This document shows, one piece after another, positions 37,367 to 48,041 of a stretch of DNA of 64,000 nucleotides. Positions within the stretch are counted from its first letter, which is position 1, and the number at the start of each line of letters is the position of its first letter. The notes under the pieces are model-generated. The model ran no database searches. It saw only the letters and a list, made by a program, of their open reading frames with translations, and was not told the origin of the DNA. Position numbers and translations under genes: made by a program. Location of the stretch: positions 1 through 64,000 of the IMG/VR virus record IMGVR_UViG_3300020045_006384; one strand, written 5' to 3'. This stretch comes from a virus.

Positions 37367-39376
37367 ATGGATAAACAAAATTTTGTTTATGACCTAGAAA
37401 CATATCCTAATATGTTTCTAGGCGTATTCAAATCATTAAAAACAAAAGAATATAAGTATTTTGAAATAAGTGATAGAAAAAATGATATTAATGAACTAAG
37501 ATTATTTCTAAAAAATAATGTAAATGGTCTTATAGGTTTTAATAATATTAATTTTGATTATCCTGTATTACATAATACTATATTAAGCAACAATAAAAAT
37601 TGGACTTCTTATGAAATTTATGAAGAAGTTAAAAAAATTATTTCTAATAAATATTCTAGTATTTGGGAAAATCTAGTTAAAATACCACAATTAGATTTAT
37701 ATAAAATTTGGCATTATGATAATAAAAACAAATCTACATCATTAAAATGGTTAGAATTTGCAATGAGATTACCTAATGTTGAAGATTTACCATATGAAGT
37801 AGGTACTATACTTACTTCAGAACAAATGGATGATATAATTTCTTATTGTAATAATGATATTGATGCTACTGAAAAATTTTATAATAAATCTATAAAACAT
37901 ATTCAAATTAGACAATTCTATACAGAACATGAAGATATTAATCTTATAAATGATTCTGAAATTGGAATGTCTAAAAAGATATTTGGTAAGTACTTATCTA
38001 AAGAAATGAAAATTCCTTTTAAAGATTTAAAAACTTTAAGAACCTACAGAAAAAAAATTCATATTAATGATATTATATTTGATTATATTAAATTTAATGA
38101 TCAAATTAATAATGATACTTTAAAAAAATTTAAAGATTCTGTATGGGAATATAACTTAGATGAAGAAAAAGCTTTAAGTAGTATTAGTTTTTCTGTTCCT
38201 TATAAAAATGTTGTAAGAGAATATGCTGAAGGTGGTTTACATAGTTTTGGTAAAGCTGGTATATATGAATCTGATGATGAATATGTATTAGTTGATGTAG
38301 ATTTTGCTTCATATTATCCTCATATTTCTTTTAGAAATAAATTACATCCACAACACATTCCAGAACCAATTTTTAATAAAATATATGAAGGTTTTTATAC
38401 TGATAGAAAAAAATATAGTAAAAAAGATCCTCGTAATTATGTGTTAAAAATTATTCTTAATGGTAGTTATGGTTTATCTAAAGATAAGCATGCTTACTTG
38501 TATGACCCTAAATGGCAATTAGCAATTTGTATTAATGGTCAATTAATGTTAACTTTATTAACTGAAAGAATATTTGAAAAATGTAAAATAGAACCTAAAA
38601 TTATTTTTGAAAATACTGATGGTGCTATGTACAAAATTTATCGTTCTGATATGGAATTACTTAATCAAGCTTGTAAAGAAATTGAAGAAGTTGTTAATAT
38701 ACCTTTAGAAACACAAATATGTGAAAAAATAATTATTAGAGATGTTAACAATTATATAAATGTTGTTGATAAAAATAATATTAAATTTAAAGGTGTATTT
38801 GAAATTGATCGTGACTATCATAAAAATCATTCTAAAAGAATAGTTTCAATTGCTTTAGCAGAATATTTCATTAATGGATTAGATGTTGATAAATATATTA
38901 AAACATATTTAAAATCTAATTCAGTTGCAATAGTTAAAGAATGGAATTATAATGCTGAAGAACCTGATTTTTACGAACACAATGGCATCTATGATTTCTG
39001 CTTAGGAGCTAAAATGAAAGGTTCTAATAGATTAATTAGTAAAGAGTGGATAGATAACACATCTGTGCATAAAAAGTTGCCTAAAATGACACGTTATTAC
39101 GTATCTAATAAAGGTGTAGAACTTATTAAAACATTAGCACCATTAGAAAAAAACTTTTTAACTGAAACTGATAAATATAAACTTAAAGTTGATGCAAATC
39201 AAATGAATATATTTGATGTAGTTGAAGATATAAAAGTTGATCCAACAGATAGAGAAGAAAATCTAGAATCTGGATATAAATGTACAGTTTTTAATAAATA
39301 TATTGACGATAATTATGATTTAAATTATGATTATTATATTAATGAATGTAATAAAATTATTAACTTAATAAAATAA
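37367..39376 (+). CDS. polB: Family B DNA polymerase
   Basis: Exonuclease motifs YDLET, FNNINFD, YCNND; polymerase motifs DVDFASYYP, KIILNGSYG, NTDG, DVNNY. Confidence 0.9.
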   Translation: MDKQNFVYDLETYPNMFLGVFKSLKTKEYKYFEISDRKNDINELRLFLKNNVNGLIGFNNINFDYPVLHNTILSNNKNWTSYEIYEEVKKIISNKYSSIWENLVKIPQLDLYKIWHYDNKNKSTSLKWLEFAMRLPNVEDLPYEVGTILTSEQMDDIISYCNNDIDATEKFYNKSIKHIQIRQFYTEHEDINLINDSEIGMSKKIFGKYLSKEMKIPFKDLKTLRTYRKKIHINDIIFDYIKFNDQINNDTLKKFKDSVWEYNLDEEKALSSISFSVPYKNVVREYAEGGLHSFGKAGIYESDDEYVLVDVDFASYYPHISFRNKLHPQHIPEPIFNKIYEGFYTDRKKYSKKDPRNYVLKIILNGSYGLSKDKHAYLYDPKWQLAICINGQLMLTLLTERIFEKCKIEPKIIFENTDGAMYKIYRSDMELLNQACKEIEEVVNIPLETQICEKIIIRDVNNYINVVDKNNIKFKGVFEIDRDYHKNHSKRIVSIALAEYFINGLDVDKYIKTYLKSNSVAIVKEWNYNAEEPDFYEHNGIYDFCLGAKMKGSNRLISKEWIDNTSVHKKLPKMTRYYVSNKGVELIKTLAPLEKNFLTETDKYKLKVDANQMNIFDVVEDIKVDPTDREENLESGYKCTVFNKYIDDNYDLNYDYYINECNKIINLIK

Positions 39377-39377
39377 A

Positions 39378-39617
39378 ATGTCAAAACCATATTCTGAATT
39401 AGCAATGGCTGTAGATCTAATTAAAAATGAATATAATGTAGATAATCCTATTATCATATCAGAATTGATATATAATGATTTAGGAATATGTACAAGTATT
39501 CATGCAATTAGTGATTATTTAGAAATTAAAGAACAAGAACTTAAAAAAAATAAAAATTATGAATCCAATGTTAAAAGTGGATTTCTACAAACCACATCAT
39601 CAGGACATGTATCCTGA
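39378..39617 (+). CDS. Hypothetical protein
   Basis: 79 aa between polB and NAMPT. Confidence 0.45.
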   Translation: MSKPYSELAMAVDLIKNEYNVDNPIIISELIYNDLGICTSIHAISDYLEIKEQELKKNKNYESNVKSGFLQTTSSGHVS

Positions 39618-41238
39618 GAATATGACTAAATTATATTCAAATGGTACTTGTAGAAAAAGTAGATTATCTGGAATTGACAACGTTGTTGTATTTGGTATGC
39701 AACATTTTATATTAGAATATCTTATTAAAGATTTTAATGAAAATTTCTTTGGAAATCAATATAGACTGAATTATGACGGAACTGTTCTTAATTTTAGTAA
39801 AGGTCATCCTTTTGTAAAAATACAATCTGATTTTAAATCTAAAATTATTAATGAATATAAACGTCATATTCCAATTAATACAAAACGCATTGAAGCTTTA
39901 TGGGATTTAGGTTATTTACCTATTAAAATTAAATCTTTAGATGAAGGTACTTTATGTCCAATTGGTGTACCAATGTTTACAATAACTAATACACATCCAG
40001 ATTTTGCTTGGTTGGTTAATTATTTAGAAACTTTAATTAGCACATGTTTATGGCAACCTTATACATCTGCAACAATTGCTTATGAATTTAAAAAAATACT
40101 TAACAAATATGCTATTGAAACTACAGGTTCAACTGAAGGAGTTCAATGGCAAGGACATGATTTTAGTATGCGTGGAATGTCTTCTGTGGAGTCTGCTATT
40201 TTATCAGGTATGGGACATCTTACGAGTTTTACTGGTACTGATGTTATCCCTGCTATTTATCAGTTGGAAACTTCTTATAGAGCAGAGGGACTTATTGGAG
40301 CAAGCGTTCCTGCTACTGAACATTCTGTTATGTGTATGGGTCAAAAAGAAGCTGAAATAGATACGTTTAAAAGATTACTAAAATCATATCCAACTGGTAT
40401 ATTATCTGTTGTATCTGATACTTGGGATTTATGGAAAGTTTGTACTGAATATTTACCTCAACTAAAAGAAGAAATTCTTGCAAGAAATGGTAAATTAGTT
40501 ATTAGACCTGATTCAGGTGATCCTGTTGATATTATTTGTGGAGAATTAGATATTCAAACTCCTAAACCTAATGAAATTACAATAGAATTTGTAAATAAAT
40601 TTAGAAATAATCATATTAAAGAAATTGAAAAAAATGGATATTGTGATACAGCTTTTGGATGGAGAATAACTAAAGATAGTTATTTAAAAAAACCAAAAGA
40701 TGCTGGAGTAATTGAACTTCTTTGGGATGTATTTGGTGGTACTGTAAATGAACAAGGTTATAAAGTGTTAGATTCTCATATTGGAGCAATCTATGGTGAT
40801 TCAATTACTATGGAAAAAGCTACTCAAATTTGTGAAAGACTTAAAGCTAAAGGATTTGCAAGTACTAATGTAGTATTTGGTATTGGTTCTTTTACTTATC
40901 AGTATAATACTAGAGATACATTTGGTTTTGCTATGAAAGCTACTTATGGTGAGATTACTCATAAAAACATAGGTAGAGGATTACATGATAAAACTACTGT
41001 AGAAGCTAGAGAAATCTTTAAAGATCCTATAACTGATGACGGTACTAAACGTTCTAAAAAAGGTTTATTATCTGTTGGTTCAGCAGGTGGAGATGCAGGT
41101 TCTGAAATTGTTTGTGAAGATCAACAAACTTGGAAACAAGAATCTGAAGGTTTACTTACAACTGTATTTAAAAATGGTAAACTTGTAAAAGAAACTACTT
41201 TAGAACAAATTCGTGAACGTATAAATTCTACATTATGA
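39559..41238 (+). CDS. nadV: Nicotinamide phosphoribosyltransferase-like (NAMPT/Namat)
   Basis: DFYKPHH, HDFSMRG, ATEHSVM, SVVSDTWD, VIRPDSGDP, IYGDSIT, FGIGS, RDT.GFA.K, KRSKKG. Confidence 0.9.
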   Translation: MNPMLKVDFYKPHHQDMYPENMTKLYSNGTCRKSRLSGIDNVVVFGMQHFILEYLIKDFNENFFGNQYRLNYDGTVLNFSKGHPFVKIQSDFKSKIINEYKRHIPINTKRIEALWDLGYLPIKIKSLDEGTLCPIGVPMFTITNTHPDFAWLVNYLETLISTCLWQPYTSATIAYEFKKILNKYAIETTGSTEGVQWQGHDFSMRGMSSVESAILSGMGHLTSFTGTDVIPAIYQLETSYRAEGLIGASVPATEHSVMCMGQKEAEIDTFKRLLKSYPTGILSVVSDTWDLWKVCTEYLPQLKEEILARNGKLVIRPDSGDPVDIICGELDIQTPKPNEITIEFVNKFRNNHIKEIEKNGYCDTAFGWRITKDSYLKKPKDAGVIELLWDVFGGTVNEQGYKVLDSHIGAIYGDSITMEKATQICERLKAKGFASTNVVFGIGSFTYQYNTRDTFGFAMKATYGEITHKNIGRGLHDKTTVEAREIFKDPITDDGTKRSKKGLLSVGSAGGDAGSEIVCEDQQTWKQESEGLLTTVFKNGKLVKETTLEQIRERINSTL

Positions 41239-42170
41239 AAATATTAAATTTAGTAGATTTAGAAAAATCTGAAATTAAATATGAAATTTCTAGATTTCCA
41301 GATGGTCAACAACAAGTTAAAATATTAGGTGAAACTTCAGTCAGTTATAAACCTGTAATTTCACATGGTACATTTTTAAAAGGTGTACAAATTAAAGCAC
41401 GTTTAAATAATTTTAAAGATCTAGAATTAATTATTTGTGCAACTAAATCATTACGTGAATTAGGAGTTAAACAAATTCATCTTTATACACCATTCTTTTT
41501 AGGAAGTAGAAGTGATAGAAAATTTGAAGAAGGTTCTAATAATTATCTTAAAGATATTATTTGTCCTATTATTAATTCATTAAATTTTGAATCTATAACA
41601 GTTTTAGACCCACATTCTAATGTATTAGAAGCTTGTTTAAATAATTTTAAAAAAGTTGACAATTTAAAATTAGTAGATTTTTTTATAAAAGATTATACTA
41701 AATTATCAAGATTTAGTGATTATTTTAATAAAGAAGATTTAAACAAATTTATTATCATTTCTCCAGATGCAGGTGCAAATAAAAAAATCTTTAAAATAGC
41801 TGAACAAATTAGTTATAAAGGAGATATTATTACTTGTACTAAATCTAGAGATGAAAATGGTAAATTAAGTCATATTAAAGTACCTTATGATGAATCATTA
41901 GGAACTACAAATAAAGATTTAATTATTATAGATGATATTTGTGATGGTGGAGCAACATTTATTAATATTGTTAAAGCCATTCAAGAATCTGAAATGTTCT
42001 ATGGTAAAATATATCTTATTGTAACTCACGGAATCTTTTCTAAAGGTTTTAATGAATTATCTAAATATTTTGATGGTGTTTATTGTACTAATAGTTATCA
42101 ATCTATAATAGTTGATTTAGATAAAGATAAATGGATATCAAATAATGTAAAACAATTAAATGTATTCTAA
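41235..42170 (+). CDS. prs: Ribose-phosphate pyrophosphokinase-like (Prs/Adps)
   Basis: FPDGQ, RSDRKF, LDPHS, SPDAGA, IIDDICDGGATF, VTHGIFS. Confidence 0.9.
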   Translation: MKILNLVDLEKSEIKYEISRFPDGQQQVKILGETSVSYKPVISHGTFLKGVQIKARLNNFKDLELIICATKSLRELGVKQIHLYTPFFLGSRSDRKFEEGSNNYLKDIICPIINSLNFESITVLDPHSNVLEACLNNFKKVDNLKLVDFFIKDYTKLSRFSDYFNKEDLNKFIIISPDAGANKKIFKIAEQISYKGDIITCTKSRDENGKLSHIKVPYDESLGTTNKDLIIIDDICDGGATFINIVKAIQESEMFYGKIYLIVTHGIFSKGFNELSKYFDGVYCTNSYQSIIVDLDKDKWISNNVKQLNVF

Positions 42171-42583
42171 TGGATGAATATTTAATAGAAAACTCCTCAT
42201 ATAAAAGATTGTATGAGGAGTATAAAAAATATGGTAGTTTAGTTGTTGGATTTGATTTTGATAATACTGTTTATGATTATCACAAAACTGGTAAATCATA
42301 TGAAATGGTTAGACAATTACTTCGAGATTTAGTATCAATTGGTTGTAAAACAATTTGTTGGACAGCTCAAAAAGATATTGATTTTGTTGCTAATTTCTTA
42401 GATAAAAATGATATACCATATAATGGTATTAATTCAAATGGTATTAAATTAGATTGGGAATCCCGTAAACCATTTTTTAGTGCTTTACTAGATGATAGAG
42501 CTGGTTTATTACAAGTGTATAAAGATTTAAATTATTTAGTAAAAATAATAAAAAATGAAAATAAAACAAACGTGGTTGTATAA
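42170..42583 (+). CDS. HAD-superfamily phosphatase-like protein
   Basis: DFDNTV motif I, WT motif II, LLDDRAG motif IV. Confidence 0.7.
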   Translation: MDEYLIENSSYKRLYEEYKKYGSLVVGFDFDNTVYDYHKTGKSYEMVRQLLRDLVSIGCKTICWTAQKDIDFVANFLDKNDIPYNGINSNGIKLDWESRKPFFSALLDDRAGLLQVYKDLNYLVKIIKNENKTNVVV

Positions 42584-43277
42584 AAAATTACAAAAATTTC
42601 AAAACCAACCAATAATAGCTATTGATGATTTAAATCACTGCGGTACAATATTAGTATTATTAAATATGATATTAGTACCTATTATTGCAATGGGTGTAAC
42701 AATACTTGTAATTTTATTAGGTACAGTATCATTACCTTTTTATATTATAAAAGATTTATATGATTGGTATATTCGTGCAAATTATGAAAAAATTGCACTT
42801 AAAAAATTTTTAAAAGAACAAAAAGAAAAAGAAACCATATTAAATAATGTTGAATTAGCATTAAATAAATACGGTGATTCTTTATTAAAAAAACATGGAA
42901 CATATCATCTATTAGTGCATAATAATGATATTGCATTATATGGATTTTTATTAAAATTTTTTAAAGAATATAATGATGTGTATAAAACATATAATAAAAG
43001 TAATAAAATTGTATGTAATACAGGTAAAAGACGTAGTTTAGGTGATTTATATTTGATATGTAAAAATTATTTTCCTAATTGTACTACTTATCAAGTATTT
43101 AAAGAATTAATTAAATTATCTAACAATAATAAAATTAGTTATTCTAGATGTTCTACTATTAATAAATATGTATTCTATGAAAATATATATAATCATAATG
43201 ATAGTAGTTCAAATTCTCATGTTGAATATTTTGATTCTAAAATTATGTTTTATGAATTATTAAAAAATTTAAAATAA
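42555..43277 (+). CDS. Membrane-anchored hypothetical protein (paralog of 45745-46161)
   Basis: TM segment; C-terminal C...KRRSLGDL...CSTINKYV domain. Confidence 0.55.
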   Translation: MKIKQTWLYKKLQKFQNQPIIAIDDLNHCGTILVLLNMILVPIIAMGVTILVILLGTVSLPFYIIKDLYDWYIRANYEKIALKKFLKEQKEKETILNNVELALNKYGDSLLKKHGTYHLLVHNNDIALYGFLLKFFKEYNDVYKTYNKSNKIVCNTGKRRSLGDLYLICKNYFPNCTTYQVFKELIKLSNNNKISYSRCSTINKYVFYENIYNHNDSSSNSHVEYFDSKIMFYELLKNLK

Positions 43278-43462
43278 TGATTGAAGAAGAATGTCCAAAA
43301 TGTTTAGGTCAAATTAAAACAATGGAAGCAAATGAATCTGTTGGTTTTAAATATAAAACTTGTACATTATGTAGAGGTAAAGGTACTGTTCCAAAAGAAT
43401 TAGCTGATGATTATATATTTTCATTAAATGAAAATAATTTTGAAACTAATGATGATTGGTAA
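43277..43462 (+). CDS. Small zinc-finger protein
   Basis: CPKCLG and CTLCRGKG. Confidence 0.55.
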   Translation: MIEEECPKCLGQIKTMEANESVGFKYKTCTLCRGKGTVPKELADDYIFSLNENNFETNDDW

Positions 43463-43947
43463 TGAGTTTAGTTAGATATTATTCAGATCCACATTTTCAT
43501 CATCATAATATGGCTGTTAAACGTGGTTTTAATAATGCTGATGAAATGAATGAACATATTATATTAGAATGGAATAAAATTGTATCTAAAAAAGATGTAA
43601 CTTGGTTACTAGGTGATATAACTATGGAAAAAAATAATTATGAAATACTTAATAGACTTAATGGAATTAAAAAAGTTATATTAGGAAATCATGATGAACC
43701 TCAACATGTACCATATTTATTACAATATGTTAATAAAGTTTGTGCTGTACAATATGTTAAAAACAAAGAATTTGGTAATTTAATATTTACACATATTCCA
43801 ATACATCCACAAGAACTTGAGTATAGATTTAATATTAATATTCATGGTCATGTGCATGAAAATACTTTACCAGACAAACGTTATATTAATGTATCTGCAG
43901 AAGTAATAGATTATAAACCAAAATTATTAAGTGAATTAATTAAATAA
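43462..43947 (+). CDS. Calcineurin-like metallophosphoesterase
   Basis: SDPHF.H, LGD, GNHD, H.P, HGHVH; ATG at 43462. Confidence 0.85.
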   Translation: MSLVRYYSDPHFHHHNMAVKRGFNNADEMNEHIILEWNKIVSKKDVTWLLGDITMEKNNYEILNRLNGIKKVILGNHDEPQHVPYLLQYVNKVCAVQYVKNKEFGNLIFTHIPIHPQELEYRFNINIHGHVHENTLPDKRYINVSAEVIDYKPKLLSELIK

Positions 43948-43950
43948 AAA

Positions 43951-44346
43951 ATGGAAAAAAGAAATATTTTAATAGCAGTGTATGGTACACTTCGTAAAGA
44001 AAATGGTAATCATAGATTAATTGAAAACGCAGATTATAAAGGTACTTATACAACAGAGCCAATTTATAATTTGTATTCATTAGGTGGCTTCCCTGGACTT
44101 AAAGAAGGTGGTAAAACAGCTGTTGTATTAGAAGTATACGCTGTTAATAAAGAAGAAGCTCGTAGAGTAGATGGTTTAGAAGGATACTATCCTGGAGAAA
44201 CTCCTACATTCTATGATAAAATTCAAATTGAAACTCCTTGGGGTAAAGCAGATGTTTATACTTATGTTCGTCAACCTCATGAATCAAGTTTGATTGAATC
44301 TGGTGATTGGATGAATCGTACTAAAAAAATTGTAGAAGAAGTATAA
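43951..44346 (+). CDS. Gamma-glutamylcyclotransferase (AIG2-like)
   Basis: VYGTLR...NH, FPGL, EVY.V, D.LEG, IESGDW. Confidence 0.85.
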   Translation: MEKRNILIAVYGTLRKENGNHRLIENADYKGTYTTEPIYNLYSLGGFPGLKEGGKTAVVLEVYAVNKEEARRVDGLEGYYPGETPTFYDKIQIETPWGKADVYTYVRQPHESSLIESGDWMNRTKKIVEEV

Positions 44347-44348
44347 TT

Positions 44349-44555
44349 ATGGAAAAAATATTTTTAGAATTTTTAAATATATATTTCTGGGTTTTTATAT
44401 CTGTAATGGCATCTAAAATGATTGGAATTAATACTACTATGAAAGAGTTTAAAGAAAATAAAAAAAATGCTCTTAAAAATGGAACATATAATTTTAGTTC
44501 GAGTGGTGCAATTATTATGATTAGTTTATTTGTTTTATCAATTATATTAACGTAA
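44349..44555 (+). CDS. Small membrane protein
   Basis: Two hydrophobic segments. Confidence 0.45.
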   Translation: MEKIFLEFLNIYFWVFISVMASKMIGINTTMKEFKENKKNALKNGTYNFSSSGAIIMISLFVLSIILT

Positions 44556-44556
44556 T

Positions 44557-45141
44557 ATGAAAAATCAAGCTTTTATATTAGATTTTAATTTATTAAAAGA
44601 ACATGATATATCTGCTGAAGAATTTTTAGCTTTAATTTATCTAAATAATAATGGTGGTACAACTAAAGAAATGCTAATTGATTTAGAAGAAAAACAACTT
44701 ATTAAATTAGAAAATTTAGATTTTATAATTAGAGAAAAAGGTAAATTATTATTAGAACTTACTTCAGTAGAAAGTATTGGTTCAATAAAGAATAAAACTA
44801 AAATTAAAAAGTCATCGAGAGCTATACAATTAGAACTCGATGATTTTATTAAAGAATTTAGACAATTATGGAAAGGTTTAAAACCTGGAAGTATGGGTTC
44901 AGAAAAAGCTTGTAGTGATAAAATGTATAAATGGATGCAAGATAATCCTTCTTATAATAAAGAAGATATATTAAAAGCAGCTAAATTATATATTAGATCT
45001 TTAGATAATTTAAATTATTTACAACAAGCTGATTATTTTATTTATAAAAAAGATGCACATGGAGAATCTAGTAGATTATCTGCATTTATAGATGAAATTG
45101 ATAATAAACCAGTTGATGACTGGACTACAAAATTAAACTAA
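44557..45141 (+). CDS. Hypothetical replication-region protein (possible wHTH)
   Basis: 194 aa; wHTH-like N-terminus, ADYFIYK motif. Confidence 0.5.
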   Translation: MKNQAFILDFNLLKEHDISAEEFLALIYLNNNGGTTKEMLIDLEEKQLIKLENLDFIIREKGKLLLELTSVESIGSIKNKTKIKKSSRAIQLELDDFIKEFRQLWKGLKPGSMGSEKACSDKMYKWMQDNPSYNKEDILKAAKLYIRSLDNLNYLQQADYFIYKKDAHGESSRLSAFIDEIDNKPVDDWTTKLN

Positions 45142-45145
45142 AAAA

Positions 45146-45748
45146 ATGAATACATTTGAAGTAAAAGATATAATAGAAGGTAAAAAATCATTAGGTGATT
45201 GTTGTAAAATTAATATGGAACGATATTCTACAATATATTATTACAGTAATGCAACTAATTGTAAATTATGTACATTTGAATATTTAGGTCAAATTTTTAG
45301 AACTTCTAATGAAGGAGTAATTAAAAATTTTCATAAAATATTAATGAGAACAGGTAATAAAATGTTTTTTACGCATGTTACTGATGAAAATACTGTAAAA
45401 AATATTAGTAAACATTATAAATTAATATATTGTCAACAAGTGCCATTAGGTTATGGTTCAGGAATGCAATATCATTGTGCTTTTTTAATTAATCCAAAAG
45501 ATCCTGTTTATGGTAAAAGAGTAGATGATAAAAATAAATATGATGATATTACAAAATCATTTAGTTCTATATATAATCAAAATGTTGATTTATTAAAACA
45601 AAACGTTCAAAAAGTAATTGTAGAAGATACTAATGTAATTGAACAATTTATTATAAAAGCTTCAAATGAAGAAATTAATAAATTACGTTCATACAAACAA
45701 CCTAAAAGAAAAAAAGATTTAATTACAAAAATAAATAATAAAGTATGA
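45146..45748 (+). CDS. Hypothetical protein
   Basis: 200 aa. Confidence 0.55.
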   Translation: MNTFEVKDIIEGKKSLGDCCKINMERYSTIYYYSNATNCKLCTFEYLGQIFRTSNEGVIKNFHKILMRTGNKMFFTHVTDENTVKNISKHYKLIYCQQVPLGYGSGMQYHCAFLINPKDPVYGKRVDDKNKYDDITKSFSSIYNQNVDLLKQNVQKVIVEDTNVIEQFIIKASNEEINKLRSYKQPKRKKDLITKINNKV

Positions 45749-46161
45749 ATTTGATTTATGTAAAAGAAACTGATATTCCTGTATATAAAACACGTAAACC
45801 TTTTATAAGATCTATTTTAAAAGCAAAAGGTGTTATTACATACAGTAATAAAGAATGTACAATTGTTCAATGTGATAGAAAATCAGCTTATAGAAGTATA
45901 AGTGAATTACATTTAATGGTTAAAGCAAGATATAAATTTACATCACTACAAGCTATTCTAAAAATATTAAAAGAAATTGTAGATGAAGATAAATGTATAT
46001 CTATTGTTTGGTGTACACAAATTAATAAAGTAGTAGTTAAATATATGGAAGGAGTTCCAGGTAAATATATCACTACATATAGTAGAGATAGATACTACAG
46101 ATCAAAAGGTGTTGACGGATATAGTCTAGAAGACTATGAAAAAATTATGAATACTATTTAA
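45745..46161 (+). CDS. Hypothetical protein (paralog of the 42555 C-terminal domain)
   Basis: QC...AYRSISEL...CTQINKVV. Confidence 0.55.
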   Translation: MNLIYVKETDIPVYKTRKPFIRSILKAKGVITYSNKECTIVQCDRKSAYRSISELHLMVKARYKFTSLQAILKILKEIVDEDKCISIVWCTQINKVVVKYMEGVPGKYITTYSRDRYYRSKGVDGYSLEDYEKIMNTI

Positions 46162-46169
46162 TATAAAGT

Positions 46170-46856
46170 ATGAATATAACAAAAAAAGAAATTAAAAAAG
46201 AACCTTACATTTTAGATAATAATAGATTAACTATTGGTGAACAACATTATTTTACAAATGATATTGTTTATGGATTTATTTTTGATAAATATTTTGAAGG
46301 AAGAATTGTTTTACAACCTATGAGTATAACAATATTCCAAAACGAAATTAATACAGGTAATACTGTTAATAATAATTTAGGATTTAAATATGCGTATTCG
46401 TTTAGTGTATTTGGTGGTCAAATATCAAATAGTTTATTAATTTATAATTATAAAAAAGATAATAATAACGAATATATTAAACTTTTAAATGAAAAATATC
46501 CTTTACCAAATTTACATATTAATAAATATGGTGGATTAATAAATTTAAAACATAATACTGTTTTATTTAAAACTAAAGAAATTGAAAAATGTTGTGGTGC
46601 AGTATTATTATATGATTTTCCAAGAAAATATAGAGATACTGAGTCAAACTATTCTGAATTTACAAAAGAAGATATTGATGAACTTGATGATTATATGACA
46701 AAATATTTGAATACAAACAAAATATGTTATTTATTAGAAAGTACTGAAATGGATTCTATTGAGTTTTTAACAAAAAATCTTAAATTCAAAGTAGTAGATG
46801 ATTTTAAAAATAAAAACACAGGTAATAATTTAAGTATATTATCTAGAAACAACTAA
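46170..46856 (+). CDS. Hypothetical protein
   Basis: 228 aa; CCG and FKNKNTGN motifs. Confidence 0.55.
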   Translation: MNITKKEIKKEPYILDNNRLTIGEQHYFTNDIVYGFIFDKYFEGRIVLQPMSITIFQNEINTGNTVNNNLGFKYAYSFSVFGGQISNSLLIYNYKKDNNNEYIKLLNEKYPLPNLHINKYGGLINLKHNTVLFKTKEIEKCCGAVLLYDFPRKYRDTESNYSEFTKEDIDELDDYMTKYLNTNKICYLLESTEMDSIEFLTKNLKFKVVDDFKNKNTGNNLSILSRNN

Positions 46857-46889
46857 TACTTTATATTAATATTAAATAAAAATTTAATA

Positions 46890-48008
46890 TTGAGTGAAGA
46901 AAAACAAAGTTTATTTAACAGAACTTTTAAAACAATTGTTAATAAAAGACAACGATTATTAGATGGTAAAATAAATTGTATACCTACAGGCTTTCCTAGG
47001 TTTGAAAATGAATTTCCAGGATTAGAACAAGGTAAAAGTTTATTATTTACAGCTAATAGTAAAGTTGGTAAAACTCAAATTGCAGATTGGTTAGTATTAT
47101 ATAATACAATACAACAAGTAATAGATTATAATTTAGATGTAAGATTAAAAATATTTTATTTTACTCTTGAAATGACATCTGAACAAAAAATGCTATCAGC
47201 TTTTTCAAATATACTTTATGTAAAAGAAGGTTTAAGAGTAGCACCTAAAGATCTAAGATCTACAAAAGCTGATAAAATATTATCACAAGATATCTTAGAT
47301 GTGATACAAAAATACGAGCCTTATTTTAAAAAGATTGAAGAAGTAGTTGAATTTATTGATGATATAAGAAATCCTTATGGAATTTATAAAGTTGTTAGAG
47401 ATTATGCTTTATCAAATGGTAAAATTATTTACAGAGAGATTAAAAACAATACTGAAACTATAAAAGTAGAAGACCATTATGAACCAAATGATCCTGAAGA
47501 ATACGTTATAATTATTGTAGATCATATTAGTTTATTAACTCCTGAAAAAAACCAAGATAATGGTTTACCAATGACACTGCATGAAACAATAGGTAAGTTA
47601 AGTTCTGATTATTTTGTAAAACTTAGAAATAGATTTAAGTATATACCTGTTGCCATACAACAACAAATGAGTTCACAAGAAAGTTTAGAAAATAAAAAAT
47701 ATAATAAACTTAAACCTTCATTAGATGGTTTAGCAGATAATAAAACAACTCAAAGAGATTTTGATTATATTATAGGTCTGTTTAGTCCTTTTAGACATGA
47801 AATTCCTGATTATTTAGGATATGATATTCAAATATTTAAAGACAATATTAGATTTTTAGAAATTCTTGGTGGACGTGAAGGTGGTGGCGGTACTATATGC
47901 CCATTATATTTTGATGGTGCAGTAAATTATTTCAAAGAATTACCTAAGCCAGAAGATAAACAAGGTATGAACCAAGTTTATGAATTTATTAAAACAATAA
48001 GAACTTAA
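46890..48008 (+). CDS. DnaB-like replicative helicase
   Basis: IPTGF, Walker A ANSKVGKT, FTLEM, Walker B IVDHISLL, IQQ; TTG start. Confidence 0.85.
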   Translation: MSEEKQSLFNRTFKTIVNKRQRLLDGKINCIPTGFPRFENEFPGLEQGKSLLFTANSKVGKTQIADWLVLYNTIQQVIDYNLDVRLKIFYFTLEMTSEQKMLSAFSNILYVKEGLRVAPKDLRSTKADKILSQDILDVIQKYEPYFKKIEEVVEFIDDIRNPYGIYKVVRDYALSNGKIIYREIKNNTETIKVEDHYEPNDPEEYVIIIVDHISLLTPEKNQDNGLPMTLHETIGKLSSDYFVKLRNRFKYIPVAIQQQMSSQESLENKKYNKLKPSLDGLADNKTTQRDFDYIIGLFSPFRHEIPDYLGYDIQIFKDNIRFLEILGGREGGGGTICPLYFDGAVNYFKELPKPEDKQGMNQVYEFIKTIRT

Positions 48009-48041
48009 AAAAGTGGTAGGTGGTCGGATGAAAAAGATAAA

